NCBI GenBank assembly: GCA_963662285.2
Contig: CAXXMV010000008.1
Location: 320,001 to 384,000, forward strand
Length of the DNA: 64,000 nucleotides
Reading direction: 5' to 3'
From: a bacterium
Lineage (GTDB): Bacteria > Hinthialibacterota > Hinthialibacteria > Hinthialibacterales > Hinthialibacteraceae
Every line of letters starts with the position of its first letter. Position 1 is the stretch's first letter. The notes beneath the pieces are model-generated. The model did not search any database, was not told the DNA's origin, and saw only the letters and a program-made list of their open reading frames with translations. A program made the translations under genes and the position numbers. Positions 19,536 through 29,951 of the stretch are shown here, piece after piece.

Positions 19536-22532
19536 CTATTTATCGCCCTGATAACATAGCACATGGCCTTGGTCAGTGGTTACTATAATGCGCCCATCAC
19601 GGTCAACCGCTATGCCCCATGATGTCGGGCTGGCTGGAAGTTCCGCGCTGAAGACGGTATCGCCATTGGTTCGATTAAAGGCAATCAGCATATTTCGTAC
19701 TACACTTTCGTTGTTTTCAGAGATCAGTCCACCTATGGTGATGATTGCATCCTGCGCCACTACCACGCCTGAGGTTTCCACAAAGCCGCTGCGTTGCCAA
19801 ATGCGTTTGGCTTTACCATCAGGGCCAGCGCCCAGTTGGATGCACATAATTTCATTTTCGGTTCCCTGGTATACAATATCCGAATTGCTTCCGGCATGGA
19901 GCAGATATTTTGCGTAGTAGCGTGAAGGGATATACTCACGGGGAGAATAGAGCATTTGGTCGAAGACGGTTACTTTGCCGTTGATCAAGAAGAGTTCTTT
20001 ACCGCGAGGAGCTTTTTGCCATTCATCAGTAAGCGTGTTCAGGCATTGACCAGTTGTTTTATCATACACAGCGGGTGACACGACATTACCTCCGGCCATG
20101 TAGACCTTGTTATCATGCATCAGCATGTGACCCTGTACGCTGACGCCGCTGGATTTTGACTGGCCGATCAAGTTACCTGAGTCATTATTCTGCCACAGTA
20201 TCTCTCCGGTCACAGCGTCCAAAGCATAGACATGGGTGCCATCATGGCTGGCGATTCCCGCCGCAGCATACACCACGCCTTTATCAACCATAAGACTGGT
20301 TACGGGCCAGGTTGATGATAGATCGCCGTATACCGGGATTTTGCGTTCAAACGGAGCGGCGCGAAAACGCCATAGTTGCTTGCCGGTGGCCGCTTCCATT
20401 GCATAAACGAAGCCATCAGCTGATCCTACATAAAGACGGTCTTGCCAAAAAGCTGGGGGATAATTTACCCGCCCGCCGGTATATGATGACCAAAGTTGTT
20501 CTCCATTTTGATTATCTATAGCATAAACAATTCCATCCGAACCGCTGACGAAGGTTAATCCGTCAACTGCAACAGGAGCAGTGCGGCGCACGCCCTGACG
20601 GGGTATAAATTCCCACTGCGGTTTAAGGGATTCACCAACCGCAACGGCTGTTTGCGATACGCATTGATTGTTTTTGCGGTATACCGGCCAGTCGGTTATG
20701 GTTTGAGTCAGTTCACGGACTCTAGTTAAATTACTGGTATATGTTTCAAGGCGTTCTTTCTCAACCGCTGATTGCGAGTAATTAAAGTCTGCCGCAGGAC
20801 ACATACTGATCACGCCTACCAAAGAGTGGTTGCAGTCGCACATCCAGGGACCCCAATATAACAGACCATTGGCCGCGATAACGCCATCCTGACAAGCGGG
20901 GCGCATGGCGGGCAGGCGGCTGGCCTGATCATTGTTGACATCAAGCCGCAGCGTTCCGCCATGTTGATCGCCGCGCGCGAAGATGCTGTCGACCGTGCCA
21001 TTAACCCTGGTGCAGTTGCCCCTCAGGGATGGCAGGTCGGCCAGTATCTCTCCAGTAAGCGGATTTAATTTTTTGCTGTCGCTGAGCCGCCCCATAGCAT
21101 ATACAATATTATCACGTAGAACCAATAGCATGTTGCCGTCGGGATAATTCCATAACATCTTGCCATCTTCGGTTGATACGGCGACGATCTTGGTTCTCTG
21201 GGGTCCGGCGAAATACAACGCCTGATCACTGGCCGAGAGATAGGTCTGGCTTGAATATCCTTTCTGCCAGGTCTGGGCTTTATCATGCAGGCCAATTGCC
21301 GCCATGAGATCCGCGTCAGATGTGCGCCATATTTCAGCACCGTTTTTGATATCGAATGCCGCCAGGAAATTCTGATGTGAATAGGCGTATAAACGGTCGC
21401 CCCGGAGAACCAAGGCGCGGCTGTCAATTACTTGCTCCTCGGTATGCCGCCAAAGTATCTGCTTGGTTGCGGGATCAATGGCCAGCAAAGTGCGCCCGAA
21501 TCCCCAAGGATAATCTTCACTGAACTTGTCATAGTTTTCACCCAAACCAGTCCAGGGCCATCCAGCGGTTTTTTTTGTGCCATGCAGCACTTCATCAGTT
21601 ATATCCGGCTCGCCTACCAGGGCGTAGAGCACGCCGTCAACCATTGCCATCCACTTCCATCCATAGAGATCAGTGATATCTTTGGGAATGGTTATTTCAT
21701 CTTTAATCTCTCCGGTATCAACATCAATCATCTTGCATGATTCATTGTCGGCTAAATAGAGCGTATCGGGCGTGGCGATCATAGTATTGCGGTGAATCAT
21801 AAATCCAGGCGCCAGTTCACGTTCCCACAGAATAACGCCGTTGTAAGCATTCATGGCGACCAGTTTACTGAGCATACCCCATTCACGCTTCTTGAATGCG
21901 ATGTGACCGAAAGCTTTGAATAATTTGCCATCAGACGTGACGGTGACGGCTGGCATGGGGCCATAGTATGGTTGAGCCAGGAACTGGGTTATAAATGGCG
22001 CACGGGCGATTTGATCGGTAGATTGCGGATTATTATCCGGCCCATGATAGGGATGTGTCCATTGATCGATTCCATCAGGAACTGGTTTCACGCTGATCTT
22101 TTTTCCAGCAAGCAGTTTGCCGCCAGGCCGCAGTACGCGAAGCAGTTCTACCTGTTTGAATTGCGCTTTATCTTTCAAAACAACTATATCGGCCAGATTA
22201 GCAGCCAGATGAATTTGTGAAGTGGTTCCCTGCTCTACATACACGCGGGTATTTAACAGACCAGCCTCATCTAATTTTTTGCGGGTGCGTAGGACATCCT
22301 TATCGCTGGTAGACTGGACGAATATAGTCAACTCACTGGATTGAGCCAGATCAATAACCAAGTCAGCTGTACTTTTTCCAAGCACAACGCAAATGCCCCG
22401 CGTTGAATCAAGTTCATGTACAACGGATAGCGCAGAGAGAGCGGCGTAACTCTGGAACGCAATAGACATGAATAGAACTTGCCAAATAATTTTCAAGATA
22501 AATTTATCGTGATGATTGGTCGAATTTAACAT
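19536..22532 (-). CDS. Secreted PQQ-like (BamB-type) beta-propeller protein with N-terminal methyltransferase-like domain
   Basis: Signal peptide; LLRVLRPGGKL; WTHPYHGPDNN; many AxDxxTGxxxW propeller repeats. Confidence 0.8.
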   Translation of the reverse strand: MLNSTNHHDKFILKIIWQVLFMSIAFQSYAALSALSVVHELDSTRGICVVLGKSTADLVIDLAQSSELTIFVQSTSDKDVLRTRKKLDEAGLLNTRVYVEQGTTSQIHLAANLADIVVLKDKAQFKQVELLRVLRPGGKLLAGKKISVKPVPDGIDQWTHPYHGPDNNPQSTDQIARAPFITQFLAQPYYGPMPAVTVTSDGKLFKAFGHIAFKKREWGMLSKLVAMNAYNGVILWERELAPGFMIHRNTMIATPDTLYLADNESCKMIDVDTGEIKDEITIPKDITDLYGWKWMAMVDGVLYALVGEPDITDEVLHGTKKTAGWPWTGLGENYDKFSEDYPWGFGRTLLAIDPATKQILWRHTEEQVIDSRALVLRGDRLYAYSHQNFLAAFDIKNGAEIWRTSDADLMAAIGLHDKAQTWQKGYSSQTYLSASDQALYFAGPQRTKIVAVSTEDGKMLWNYPDGNMLLVLRDNIVYAMGRLSDSKKLNPLTGEILADLPSLRGNCTRVNGTVDSIFARGDQHGGTLRLDVNNDQASRLPAMRPACQDGVIAANGLLYWGPWMCDCNHSLVGVISMCPAADFNYSQSAVEKERLETYTSNLTRVRELTQTITDWPVYRKNNQCVSQTAVAVGESLKPQWEFIPRQGVRRTAPVAVDGLTFVSGSDGIVYAIDNQNGEQLWSSYTGGRVNYPPAFWQDRLYVGSADGFVYAMEAATGKQLWRFRAAPFERKIPVYGDLSSTWPVTSLMVDKGVVYAAAGIASHDGTHVYALDAVTGEILWQNNDSGNLIGQSKSSGVSVQGHMLMHDNKVYMAGGNVVSPAVYDKTTGQCLNTLTDEWQKAPRGKELFLINGKVTVFDQMLYSPREYIPSRYYAKYLLHAGSNSDIVYQGTENEIMCIQLGAGPDGKAKRIWQRSGFVETSGVVVAQDAIITIGGLISENNESVVRNMLIAFNRTNGDTVFSAELPASPTSWGIAVDRDGRIIVTTDQGHVLCYQGDK

Positions 22533-22884
22533 TTCTATGCATCCTTTGAGTTTTTTAGATTTATTACGTAATCAACAGGATGAATTTTATTCCACCTATT
22601 TTGTCATTTAAAAATAGAACATGTCAAACAGAAAATGTATTTATTTACTGAATATATGAACAAAGTCATTAAAATCAGGAGCAAGAATGATAACAATCTA
22701 CTCCAGCAATGCAACATTACTTGCATAAATAGCAGTAGGCTGAGCTTCAGTCTCTTCTATACTGTTGAGGGATGGATAAACTAAAGAGAATAGCGTGAGT
22801 AGGTTCTTTACTCTTATTCAAAAACTTTTCCACCAAAGATAAATTCGAGAACCAATATAACCCTAAACAAATAAACAACATACT

Positions 22885-25464
22885 ATGAAAAAAATTAATT
22901 TAAATTTAGTAGAAAAGCCGGTTAGATATATAGGAGGAGAATTTAACTCCGTTCAAGATAAACCAGAAGCAAGATTGAACGTCGCTATCGCTTACCCGGA
23001 TGTTTATGAAGTTGGCATGTCCGAATTGGGTCTTCAAATCCTATATGGTCTGCTCAACCGGGAACCGTGGATTCGCTGTGAACGCGCCTTCGCTCCCTGG
23101 CCTGACCATGAGCAGCAACTGCGCGATGCAGATCAAGCGCTAAAAACACTGGAATGTCAGACGCCATTGAGCGAACTGCATATCTTCGGCTTTTCGCTGC
23201 AACACGAGATGCTCTACACCAATGTGCTATCCATGCTTGATCTAGGCGGGATTCCCATTGCAGCCAATGAACGCGGCGAAAACGATCCACTAGTCATCGC
23301 TGGCGGCCCCTGCGCCTATAATCCCATGCCCATGATCGATTTCATTGACGCCTTTGTCATCGGCGAGGGCGAAGAGGTGCTGTTGGAGTTTTGCCGCACG
23401 GTTGATGAGATGAAGCAAAAGGGCGCCGCACGGCAGGAAATCCTGCATGCAACGGGAAAAATTGAAGGCGTATTCGTCCCGTCTTTGTTCGATGAAGCGA
23501 CTAACCGGCTTGGAGAAACATTCCCCGGAAGTCCCAATGTTGATGGAGTTCCGCAAGTAATAAACAAACGCGTCATCTCAGATTTTGAAAACTCATACTA
23601 CCCTACCGGACAAATTGTTCCCAACACCAAAGCCATTCATCACCGTCTATCGCTGGAAGTAATGCGCGGTTGCCCTGGCGGGTGCCGTTATTGTCAAGCG
23701 GGTTACACTGACAGACCAGTGCGTGAACGTTCGCCGGAACGCATCATGGATCATGCGCGAGAAGGGCTTGGGCAGACTGGCTTTGGCGAGGTGGGGCTAT
23801 TATCGCTTTCCACCGCTGACTACAGCCAGCTGCCGGGACTGTGCAGCGGATTAATCAAAGAATTTTACCCTCAACGCATCGCTATCTCCCTGCCATCACT
23901 GAGGATAGATAGTTTCCCGGCTAGGGTGGCGCAAGAGATCGGCAAAGTGCGCAAAACCGGCATGACCTTCGCGCCTGAAGCGGGCAGTGAACGTCTGCGG
24001 CTCGCCATCAACAAACGCGTTGATAACAATGAAATATTCTCAACCGTGCGCGACGCCGCCAACAATGGTCAGAATACCTTCAAACTTTATTTCATGATCG
24101 GGCTGCCCACCGAGACCGATGAAGACTTGCAAGGCATTGTCGATATGGTATTGAAGATTCAAAAGATGCTGCGCGATATGAGAAAGCACCGGGCTAAAAT
24201 CAATATCGGACTTTCCCCCTTCGTCCCCAAACCGCATACGGCGTATCAATGGTTCGGTCAGATACCGATGGAAGAGATGAAACGCCGCATCGACCTGATC
24301 TTCAACCAACTCAAGAAACAGAAGAATATCAAAATCAACTGGCATGATCCCGATAAAAGCCTGATCGAAAGCGCATTAGCCCGCGCCGACAGCCGGGTGG
24401 GCAAGGCTATCAGGATAATCTATGACATGGGCGCCCGATTCGATGAATGGAGCGAATATTTCAATTTCCAGCGCTGGGAGGATGGCTTCGCCGCAGTGGG
24501 ACTTTCATTGCAGGAATACGCCGCCAAAGAATACCAGTTGGATGACGCCCTGCCCTGGGATTGCATCTCCACACGGGTTGATAAAAGTTACCTGCAAAAG
24601 GAATGGGACAAAACCTTTGAGGGCAAAGAGACCAAACATTGCGGAAAAGAAAAATGCCGTACCTGTGGAGTATGCAATGACGACTTAACAACAGTGCGAA
24701 CCGATGACAATATGACGTATCATCAGGCCAAATATAATATGGATCACGGTATGGCCGATGAACTGCAAGATAAAACAGAACAACCCAAGACTCAAAATGA
24801 TGATATTTCTTACCGTTACCGTATAATGTTCTCTAAAAAAGATGAAATGGCCTTCACTTCGCATCATGATATCATGATGATTTTCGAATCAATTTTCCGC
24901 CGATCCGAAATAGAACTGGCCTTTTCAAAGGGATTTCACCCTCATCCCAAAATTATTTTCGCTTCTCCCCTACCGGTTGGCATGGAAAGCGATGCGGAAT
25001 ATATTGAAATAACCACCACAAAGAGTTACCATGAATTAGCAATTCTTGAAAAAATGCAGAGTTATTCACCCAAAGGCATCGGCATATTGGCAGTTAGCGC
25101 AGTTCTTTCAGGCGCCAAAAAGATAACTGCGGCAATATGTGCATATAGTTACAAGATTAACGGGACGATCCAATCAGGCGATGATATATTTACACGTATG
25201 GAAAATGCGCTAAATAATTCCGATTTACGAACCGGGTTAAATTTACTGGAGACCAATCTGGTCCCTATATCTGACAATGAATTCCGGCTCACCTATACCT
25301 GTTCTGTAGATAGTGGAAAATACACCAAAGCAACCGCAATCAAGGAAAAATTAGAACTGAACTTGGGATATGAAATATTAATTGATAAATGCAAACGTTT
25401 GGGCATATTCTCCAGAAACATAAATGGAAAATTAGAACCATTGATAGCAAAGCGGGAAGATTAA
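22885..25464 (+). CDS. TIGR03960 family radical SAM protein fused to TIGR03936 domain
   Basis: KPVRYIGGE, YPDVYEVGMS, RGCPGGCRYC and FVPKPHT; C-terminal FSKGFHPHPK..FASPLPVG.ES.AEY; located upstream of rng. Confidence 0.92.
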   Translation: MKKINLNLVEKPVRYIGGEFNSVQDKPEARLNVAIAYPDVYEVGMSELGLQILYGLLNREPWIRCERAFAPWPDHEQQLRDADQALKTLECQTPLSELHIFGFSLQHEMLYTNVLSMLDLGGIPIAANERGENDPLVIAGGPCAYNPMPMIDFIDAFVIGEGEEVLLEFCRTVDEMKQKGAARQEILHATGKIEGVFVPSLFDEATNRLGETFPGSPNVDGVPQVINKRVISDFENSYYPTGQIVPNTKAIHHRLSLEVMRGCPGGCRYCQAGYTDRPVRERSPERIMDHAREGLGQTGFGEVGLLSLSTADYSQLPGLCSGLIKEFYPQRIAISLPSLRIDSFPARVAQEIGKVRKTGMTFAPEAGSERLRLAINKRVDNNEIFSTVRDAANNGQNTFKLYFMIGLPTETDEDLQGIVDMVLKIQKMLRDMRKHRAKINIGLSPFVPKPHTAYQWFGQIPMEEMKRRIDLIFNQLKKQKNIKINWHDPDKSLIESALARADSRVGKAIRIIYDMGARFDEWSEYFNFQRWEDGFAAVGLSLQEYAAKEYQLDDALPWDCISTRVDKSYLQKEWDKTFEGKETKHCGKEKCRTCGVCNDDLTTVRTDDNMTYHQAKYNMDHGMADELQDKTEQPKTQNDDISYRYRIMFSKKDEMAFTSHHDIMMIFESIFRRSEIELAFSKGFHPHPKIIFASPLPVGMESDAEYIEITTTKSYHELAILEKMQSYSPKGIGILAVSAVLSGAKKITAAICAYSYKINGTIQSGDDIFTRMENALNNSDLRTGLNLLETNLVPISDNEFRLTYTCSVDSGKYTKATAIKEKLELNLGYEILIDKCKRLGIFSRNINGKLEPLIAKRED

Positions 25465-25479
25465 GGGACCAAATCAATA

Positions 25480-26994
25480 ATGCAACGAAGAATCTTAATA
25501 AGCGCCGACGATTATGAAGTGCGCATCGCCGTTATTGAAAACGGGAAACTGGCTGAATACTTCTTTGAACGCAAAGAAGAACAGCGCATTGTCGGCAATA
25601 TTTATAAAGGCGTAGTAACTTCAATCACTCCTGGCATTGACGCCGCTTTTATAGATATTGGTCTTAACCGCAATGCATTTCTTTATGTAAACGACCTTCT
25701 GCCTCAAGTTCACGAATACGATTATCTGGAAGACGACGATAATGGATTCGAGGATGAAGAGCACAGCAGAGAATCCGATTCAGAACTGCCGCCGGTGACT
25801 ATCAGGGATTTGCTTAAAGAAGGGCAACAAATACTGGTTCAACTTTATAAAGAGCCTATCGGCGCCAAGGGAAGCCGGGTTACCACCAATATATCCCTCC
25901 CCGGTAGATACCTGGTTCTGTTGCCTAATACGCGGCATATCGGGATATCCCGCAGAATTGAAGATGAAACTATACGTGAAAACTTAAAAGAAACAATTTC
26001 TTCGTTGTTGCAGGACGACATGGGAACCATCGTACGAACTGCGGGACGGGACGTCACTGAGGAAGACTTTAATCAGGACCTGGATTTTCTCTGCAAAGAA
26101 TGGCGGCAGATAAAGAATATAAGCGAAAAAAGCCCAGCTCCAGCGCTGTTGTATCAGAATCCCAGCATCGTATTTCTGCTCATTCAAGACCTGATTAGCG
26201 ATAGTATTGAAGAAATCGTGATTGATGAACCTTCGCTCTATGGCGAAATCGTCGATTTCGTCCGTAAGCAGTTTCCCCAAGCGGTGCATCATATAACCCT
26301 CTATGACGATTCAGCCGCCATATTCCGCGCTTACGGGATCGAATCGGAAATCCATAGTCTACGCGCCCGCAAAGCCTGGCTTCCTTCCGGGGGATATATC
26401 ATCATAGATGAGACCGAAGCCATGACGGTAGTCGATGTCAACACCGGACGCTATATCGGCAAACATAACCTGGAAGAGACGGTGTTCAAAACCAATATCG
26501 AAGCAGCCACCGAAATCGCCCGTCAGATTCGATTGCGCGATATCGGGGGAATCATCCTTAGCGATTTCATCGATATGCGCTCTAAAGAGCACCAGAAAGA
26601 ACTTTTAGAACATTTGCAGGCCAGATTGAAAATGGATCGCTCACGCTCGCACCTCTATCCTCTGACTGAACTGGGCTTGCTGCAAATGACGCGCAAAAGA
26701 GTTCGTAAAAGCCTTAACAAAGCGCTGACCCAACCTTGTCCATATTGCAAACGTGAAGGATATATTCTTTCAGCTGATAGTATGATTATTAAGATATTCC
26801 GCACTTTCGAAGAAATCTGCCGGGAAGAAAGCGCTCAACAGGTTACTTTAAGAGTTCATCCTAGACTGGCGGAAAAGATCATGCAGGAAGAACATGAACA
26901 GGTAAAACGTTTACAAAATATTTATGAAGCCGAGTTAAAAATCCTTCCCGGCGCGGATCTCCATTATGAACAGATCATTGAGGAGATTGCATGA
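25480..26994 (+). CDS. rng: Ribonuclease E/G family
   Basis: GNIYKG, AAFIDIG, KEPIGAKG, DVNTG, RLRDIGGII..DFIDM and CPYC motifs. Confidence 0.93.
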   Translation: MQRRILISADDYEVRIAVIENGKLAEYFFERKEEQRIVGNIYKGVVTSITPGIDAAFIDIGLNRNAFLYVNDLLPQVHEYDYLEDDDNGFEDEEHSRESDSELPPVTIRDLLKEGQQILVQLYKEPIGAKGSRVTTNISLPGRYLVLLPNTRHIGISRRIEDETIRENLKETISSLLQDDMGTIVRTAGRDVTEEDFNQDLDFLCKEWRQIKNISEKSPAPALLYQNPSIVFLLIQDLISDSIEEIVIDEPSLYGEIVDFVRKQFPQAVHHITLYDDSAAIFRAYGIESEIHSLRARKAWLPSGGYIIIDETEAMTVVDVNTGRYIGKHNLEETVFKTNIEAATEIARQIRLRDIGGIILSDFIDMRSKEHQKELLEHLQARLKMDRSRSHLYPLTELGLLQMTRKRVRKSLNKALTQPCPYCKREGYILSADSMIIKIFRTFEEICREESAQQVTLRVHPRLAEKIMQEEHEQVKRLQNIYEAELKILPGADLHYEQIIEEIA

Positions 26995-27905
26995 CAGTAT
27001 CATCTAAAAAACTAGCCGCATTACTGACGGAACAGCGCAATCCCAGGTCGATGAATATTGATCGAATGTCGACCCGGGAAATTGTTGAACTGATTCACAG
27101 CGAAGATATTAAAGCCTACCAGGCCATTAAACCGGCTTTACCGGAAATCGAGCAAGCCATAGACCATGTTGTCCACGCCTTCGAACAGGGAGGCCGTCTG
27201 ATTTATGTAGGCGCAGGAACCAGCGGTCGATTAGGCGTACTGGACGCCAGTGAGTGTCCGCCTACTTTCGGAGTTGATCCGGAAATGGTGCAAGGCGTAA
27301 TTGCCGGCGGTTGGCTGGCCTTGCGCCGTTCGGTTGAACATGCTGAAGACCATCCAGCAGATGGCGCTCAGGAAATAATCGACCGCCAGGTCTCAAACCG
27401 GGACGTGGTATGCGGCATCGCCGCATCCAGCACAACTCCATTCGTTTTCGGGGCGCTGGCAGAAGCTCATAATCGAGGCGCCAAAACGCTCTTCATCACC
27501 TGCAACGCCTGCCCTGAAGCAATAACTGACATAGATGTAATCATTTCTCTGATCGTCGGCCCGGAACTGATTACCGGATCAACCCGCATGAAATGCGGCA
27601 CGGCGACCAAAATGGTATTGAATATGCTTACTTCCACCGCCATGATACGCATCGGCAAAGTCTTCCATAATCTTATGGTAGACCTTAACGCCACCTGCAA
27701 TAAACTGGATAACCGATCAAGAAGAATCATAGCTGAACTGACTGATCTGGATTATGATCAGGCCGATAACCTGATAAAAAACGCTAATGGAAGAGTCAAA
27801 ACCGCATTAGTCATGCATCTTTGCGGACTGAATCGCGAAAAAGCTGAAGAAATCATAGCAAAAAACCATGGACGAATACAGAACGTGATTTCTGATGATT
27901 TGTAA
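26991..27905 (+). CDS. murQ: N-acetylmuramic acid 6-phosphate etherase
   Basis: TEQRNP, GAGTSGRLGVLDASECPPTF and GPELITGSTRMK motifs. Confidence 0.97.
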   Translation: MTVSSKKLAALLTEQRNPRSMNIDRMSTREIVELIHSEDIKAYQAIKPALPEIEQAIDHVVHAFEQGGRLIYVGAGTSGRLGVLDASECPPTFGVDPEMVQGVIAGGWLALRRSVEHAEDHPADGAQEIIDRQVSNRDVVCGIAASSTTPFVFGALAEAHNRGAKTLFITCNACPEAITDIDVIISLIVGPELITGSTRMKCGTATKMVLNMLTSTAMIRIGKVFHNLMVDLNATCNKLDNRSRRIIAELTDLDYDQADNLIKNANGRVKTALVMHLCGLNREKAEEIIAKNHGRIQNVISDDL

Positions 27906-27924
27906 ACTCTGTAAATTGACTATA

Positions 27925-27953
27925 TTGCTTTCATTTTTAGAATGTGGTATAGT
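27925..27953 (+). promoter_or_regulatory. Sigma70-type promoter upstream of the sigma-28 cassette
   Basis: TTGCTT-17 bp-TATAGT with an extended -10 TG. Confidence 0.6.
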
Positions 27954-28086
27954 AAATTTATAATTATGCGCCTATTTACTAAAATCGAAGTTACTTAAGG
28001 TATTATTCTTTTTAAGTATGTGTTTATAATAAAAGGATTAAGATAGGAAATAATCTGATTCTCATTCTATCCGGGAAATAAATATT

Positions 28087-28551
28087 ATGGATAAACGCAA
28101 GTTATATAAAGATGTAGCTCGCGTCAAAAAGCAGTTATTCGCTGCAACTGCTTTCACCGGATTCTTATTAGTTACTTTAACAACATTAATTACCCAGGGA
28201 AATAATTTCTTTCTTGTATTTCGCAATGCATCAATATCGATTTTATTTTTTGGCTTCCTAGGCTATGTGTGGAGTAGAATTTATGAAAAAACCACCGAAG
28301 GGCCATTGGTTGAATCATACCGCATGGAAGCTATGGAGCGAATCGAAGACTTAAAAAGTTCTGGTGGAAAAATGGTCGCCCTGGATGTCGCCACCTCTGA
28401 ACTTAGTGCGGGTATGAAGGTTATCAACGAAGTGAAAAGTTCTGAAGGCGCTTCTCTAGTCCGCAAAGGCGCCATTCTGAACGATAGAATGATCACTGTC
28501 CTTAAAGAGCACAATATTCAACAGATTAAAGTCGAAGCAAGGCATGGCTGA
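28087..28551 (+). CDS. Two-TM membrane protein with a small C-terminal domain resembling the N-terminus of HD-GYP proteins
   Basis: Two hydrophobic helices; ELSAGMKVINEVKSSEGASLVRKGAILNDRMITVLKEHNIQQIKV. Confidence 0.6.
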   Translation: MDKRKLYKDVARVKKQLFAATAFTGFLLVTLTTLITQGNNFFLVFRNASISILFFGFLGYVWSRIYEKTTEGPLVESYRMEAMERIEDLKSSGGKMVALDVATSELSAGMKVINEVKSSEGASLVRKGAILNDRMITVLKEHNIQQIKVEARHG

Positions 28552-28650
28552 ATTCGTATGTTAATAATTAGTTTGTATACTATAGATTCGCAGAACATAA
28601 TAACCCCCAAGAGTATACGGGAATGGATATAGCCATTACGGGCGATTTTC

Positions 28651-29463
28651 ATGCGCTATTACAATAGTTATAAAGAAAAAATATCTCCTGAAGAAGAAAA
28701 ACTGCTCTGGGCGGAATTTGTCGAAAAGCGTAATCAGGACGCTCGCGACAAATTAGCGGAGAAATATATTCATCTAGTCAAATACGTTATTAACCGAATG
28801 TTAGCTGTATCCCACATTGAGAGTGAAGTATTGGATTATGACGATCTCTACTCCTGCGGCGTCATTGGTCTGCTGGCGGCAATTGACGGATTCGACCTGA
28901 CTCGTGAAGTTAAGTTCATCACATATGCCATCCCCAGAATCAAAGGCGCAATCATTGATGAACTACGATCTGTGGATTGGATTCCACGCTCTCTACGCCA
29001 GCAAGTCAACAAATTACAAAATGCCTACGCCACGCTCGAGAGCGAGTTGATGCGGCCGGCGAACGAAATAGAACTATCTGAAAAATTAGAGATTAATATT
29101 GACGAGTTACACGAACTTATTCATCATGCCAGCCGATCTGCACTGCTATCAATGGATGAAGTACTACGCATTTCCAACGATGGAAGCACCACCAGAGCAG
29201 AAATGACCCCTTCGCGTAAAATCGATGATCCCCGCCGTTCAATCCACCAGGAAGAGATCATCGAACTGCTGGCTCAGGCCATAGAAAATCTCCCTGATAA
29301 AGAACGCCTTGTCGTGGTAATGTATTATAATGAAGAATTAACCCTGCGGGAAATCGGAGAAGTACTGCAAGTGACCGAATCCCGCGTTTGCCAATTACAT
29401 ACAAAAGCCATGCTGAGATTACGCGGAAGATTAACTGAGTGGCAGCAGGATTTAGTGGTATAA
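28651..29463 (+). CDS. fliA: FliA/WhiG (sigma-28) family RNA polymerase sigma factor
   Basis: KFITYAIPRIKGAIIDELRSVDWIPRSLR and YYNEELTLREIGEVLQVTESRVCQLH. Confidence 0.93.
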   Translation: MRYYNSYKEKISPEEEKLLWAEFVEKRNQDARDKLAEKYIHLVKYVINRMLAVSHIESEVLDYDDLYSCGVIGLLAAIDGFDLTREVKFITYAIPRIKGAIIDELRSVDWIPRSLRQQVNKLQNAYATLESELMRPANEIELSEKLEINIDELHELIHHASRSALLSMDEVLRISNDGSTTRAEMTPSRKIDDPRRSIHQEEIIELLAQAIENLPDKERLVVVMYYNEELTLREIGEVLQVTESRVCQLHTKAMLRLRGRLTEWQQDLVV

Positions 29464-29512
29464 TAAACACTACTCTTAATCTCACAGAACCAATTTCTGG
29501 GGGAGGTCTATC

Positions 29513-29842
29513 ATGGGCGTAGCCGATTTCCAAAATCCTTTGGCTAATATGCCGATCATGCAGCAGATGCAAGAGTCTCAGAATCAGCAGACTCAATCTA
29601 TCCCGATTATTATGGCCAAGGAAGCTGAAGAAGAGAAACGTGAGCAACTTCAAACTGTTCAAGACGCTAAAGAACAGGAAGAAAAGGATAAAATCAACGA
29701 AGAGGATGTTGACCGTGAAAGCCGGGCCAGAAATCCTCTGAAAAAACGGGCTAAAAAGGGCGCTTCTCAAGAAGACGAATCCAAAGAGGAAACGCGGTTA
29801 AGTGATGGCATTCATGGGACTCGTTTTGATGTTCAAGTTTAA
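29513..29842 (+). CDS. Small charged hypothetical protein of the type found downstream of fliA/sigD
   Basis: GGAGG RBS; Q/E/K-rich body; C-terminal G..FDVQV. Confidence 0.7.
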   Translation: MGVADFQNPLANMPIMQQMQESQNQQTQSIPIIMAKEAEEEKREQLQTVQDAKEQEEKDKINEEDVDRESRARNPLKKRAKKGASQEDESKEETRLSDGIHGTRFDVQV

Positions 29843-29951
29843 TCGTTAGTTTTTAATAAGTGGATATATCATATTACAAATATTTGTTTTTATTTAATTT
29901 ATACTATTTGGGTTCAGATTAATTATCAGGTCAGTATTCTGACAATTACGG

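Noticed and set aside
22533-22884. Cobalamin riboswitch upstream of the radical SAM gene
   Set aside because: No B12-box or GGGAA/GCCACTG core motifs are visible.
22885-26994. Radical SAM fusion next to RNase G as a novel system
   Set aside because: The TIGR03960/TIGR03936/rng linkage is a well-known conserved neighbourhood.
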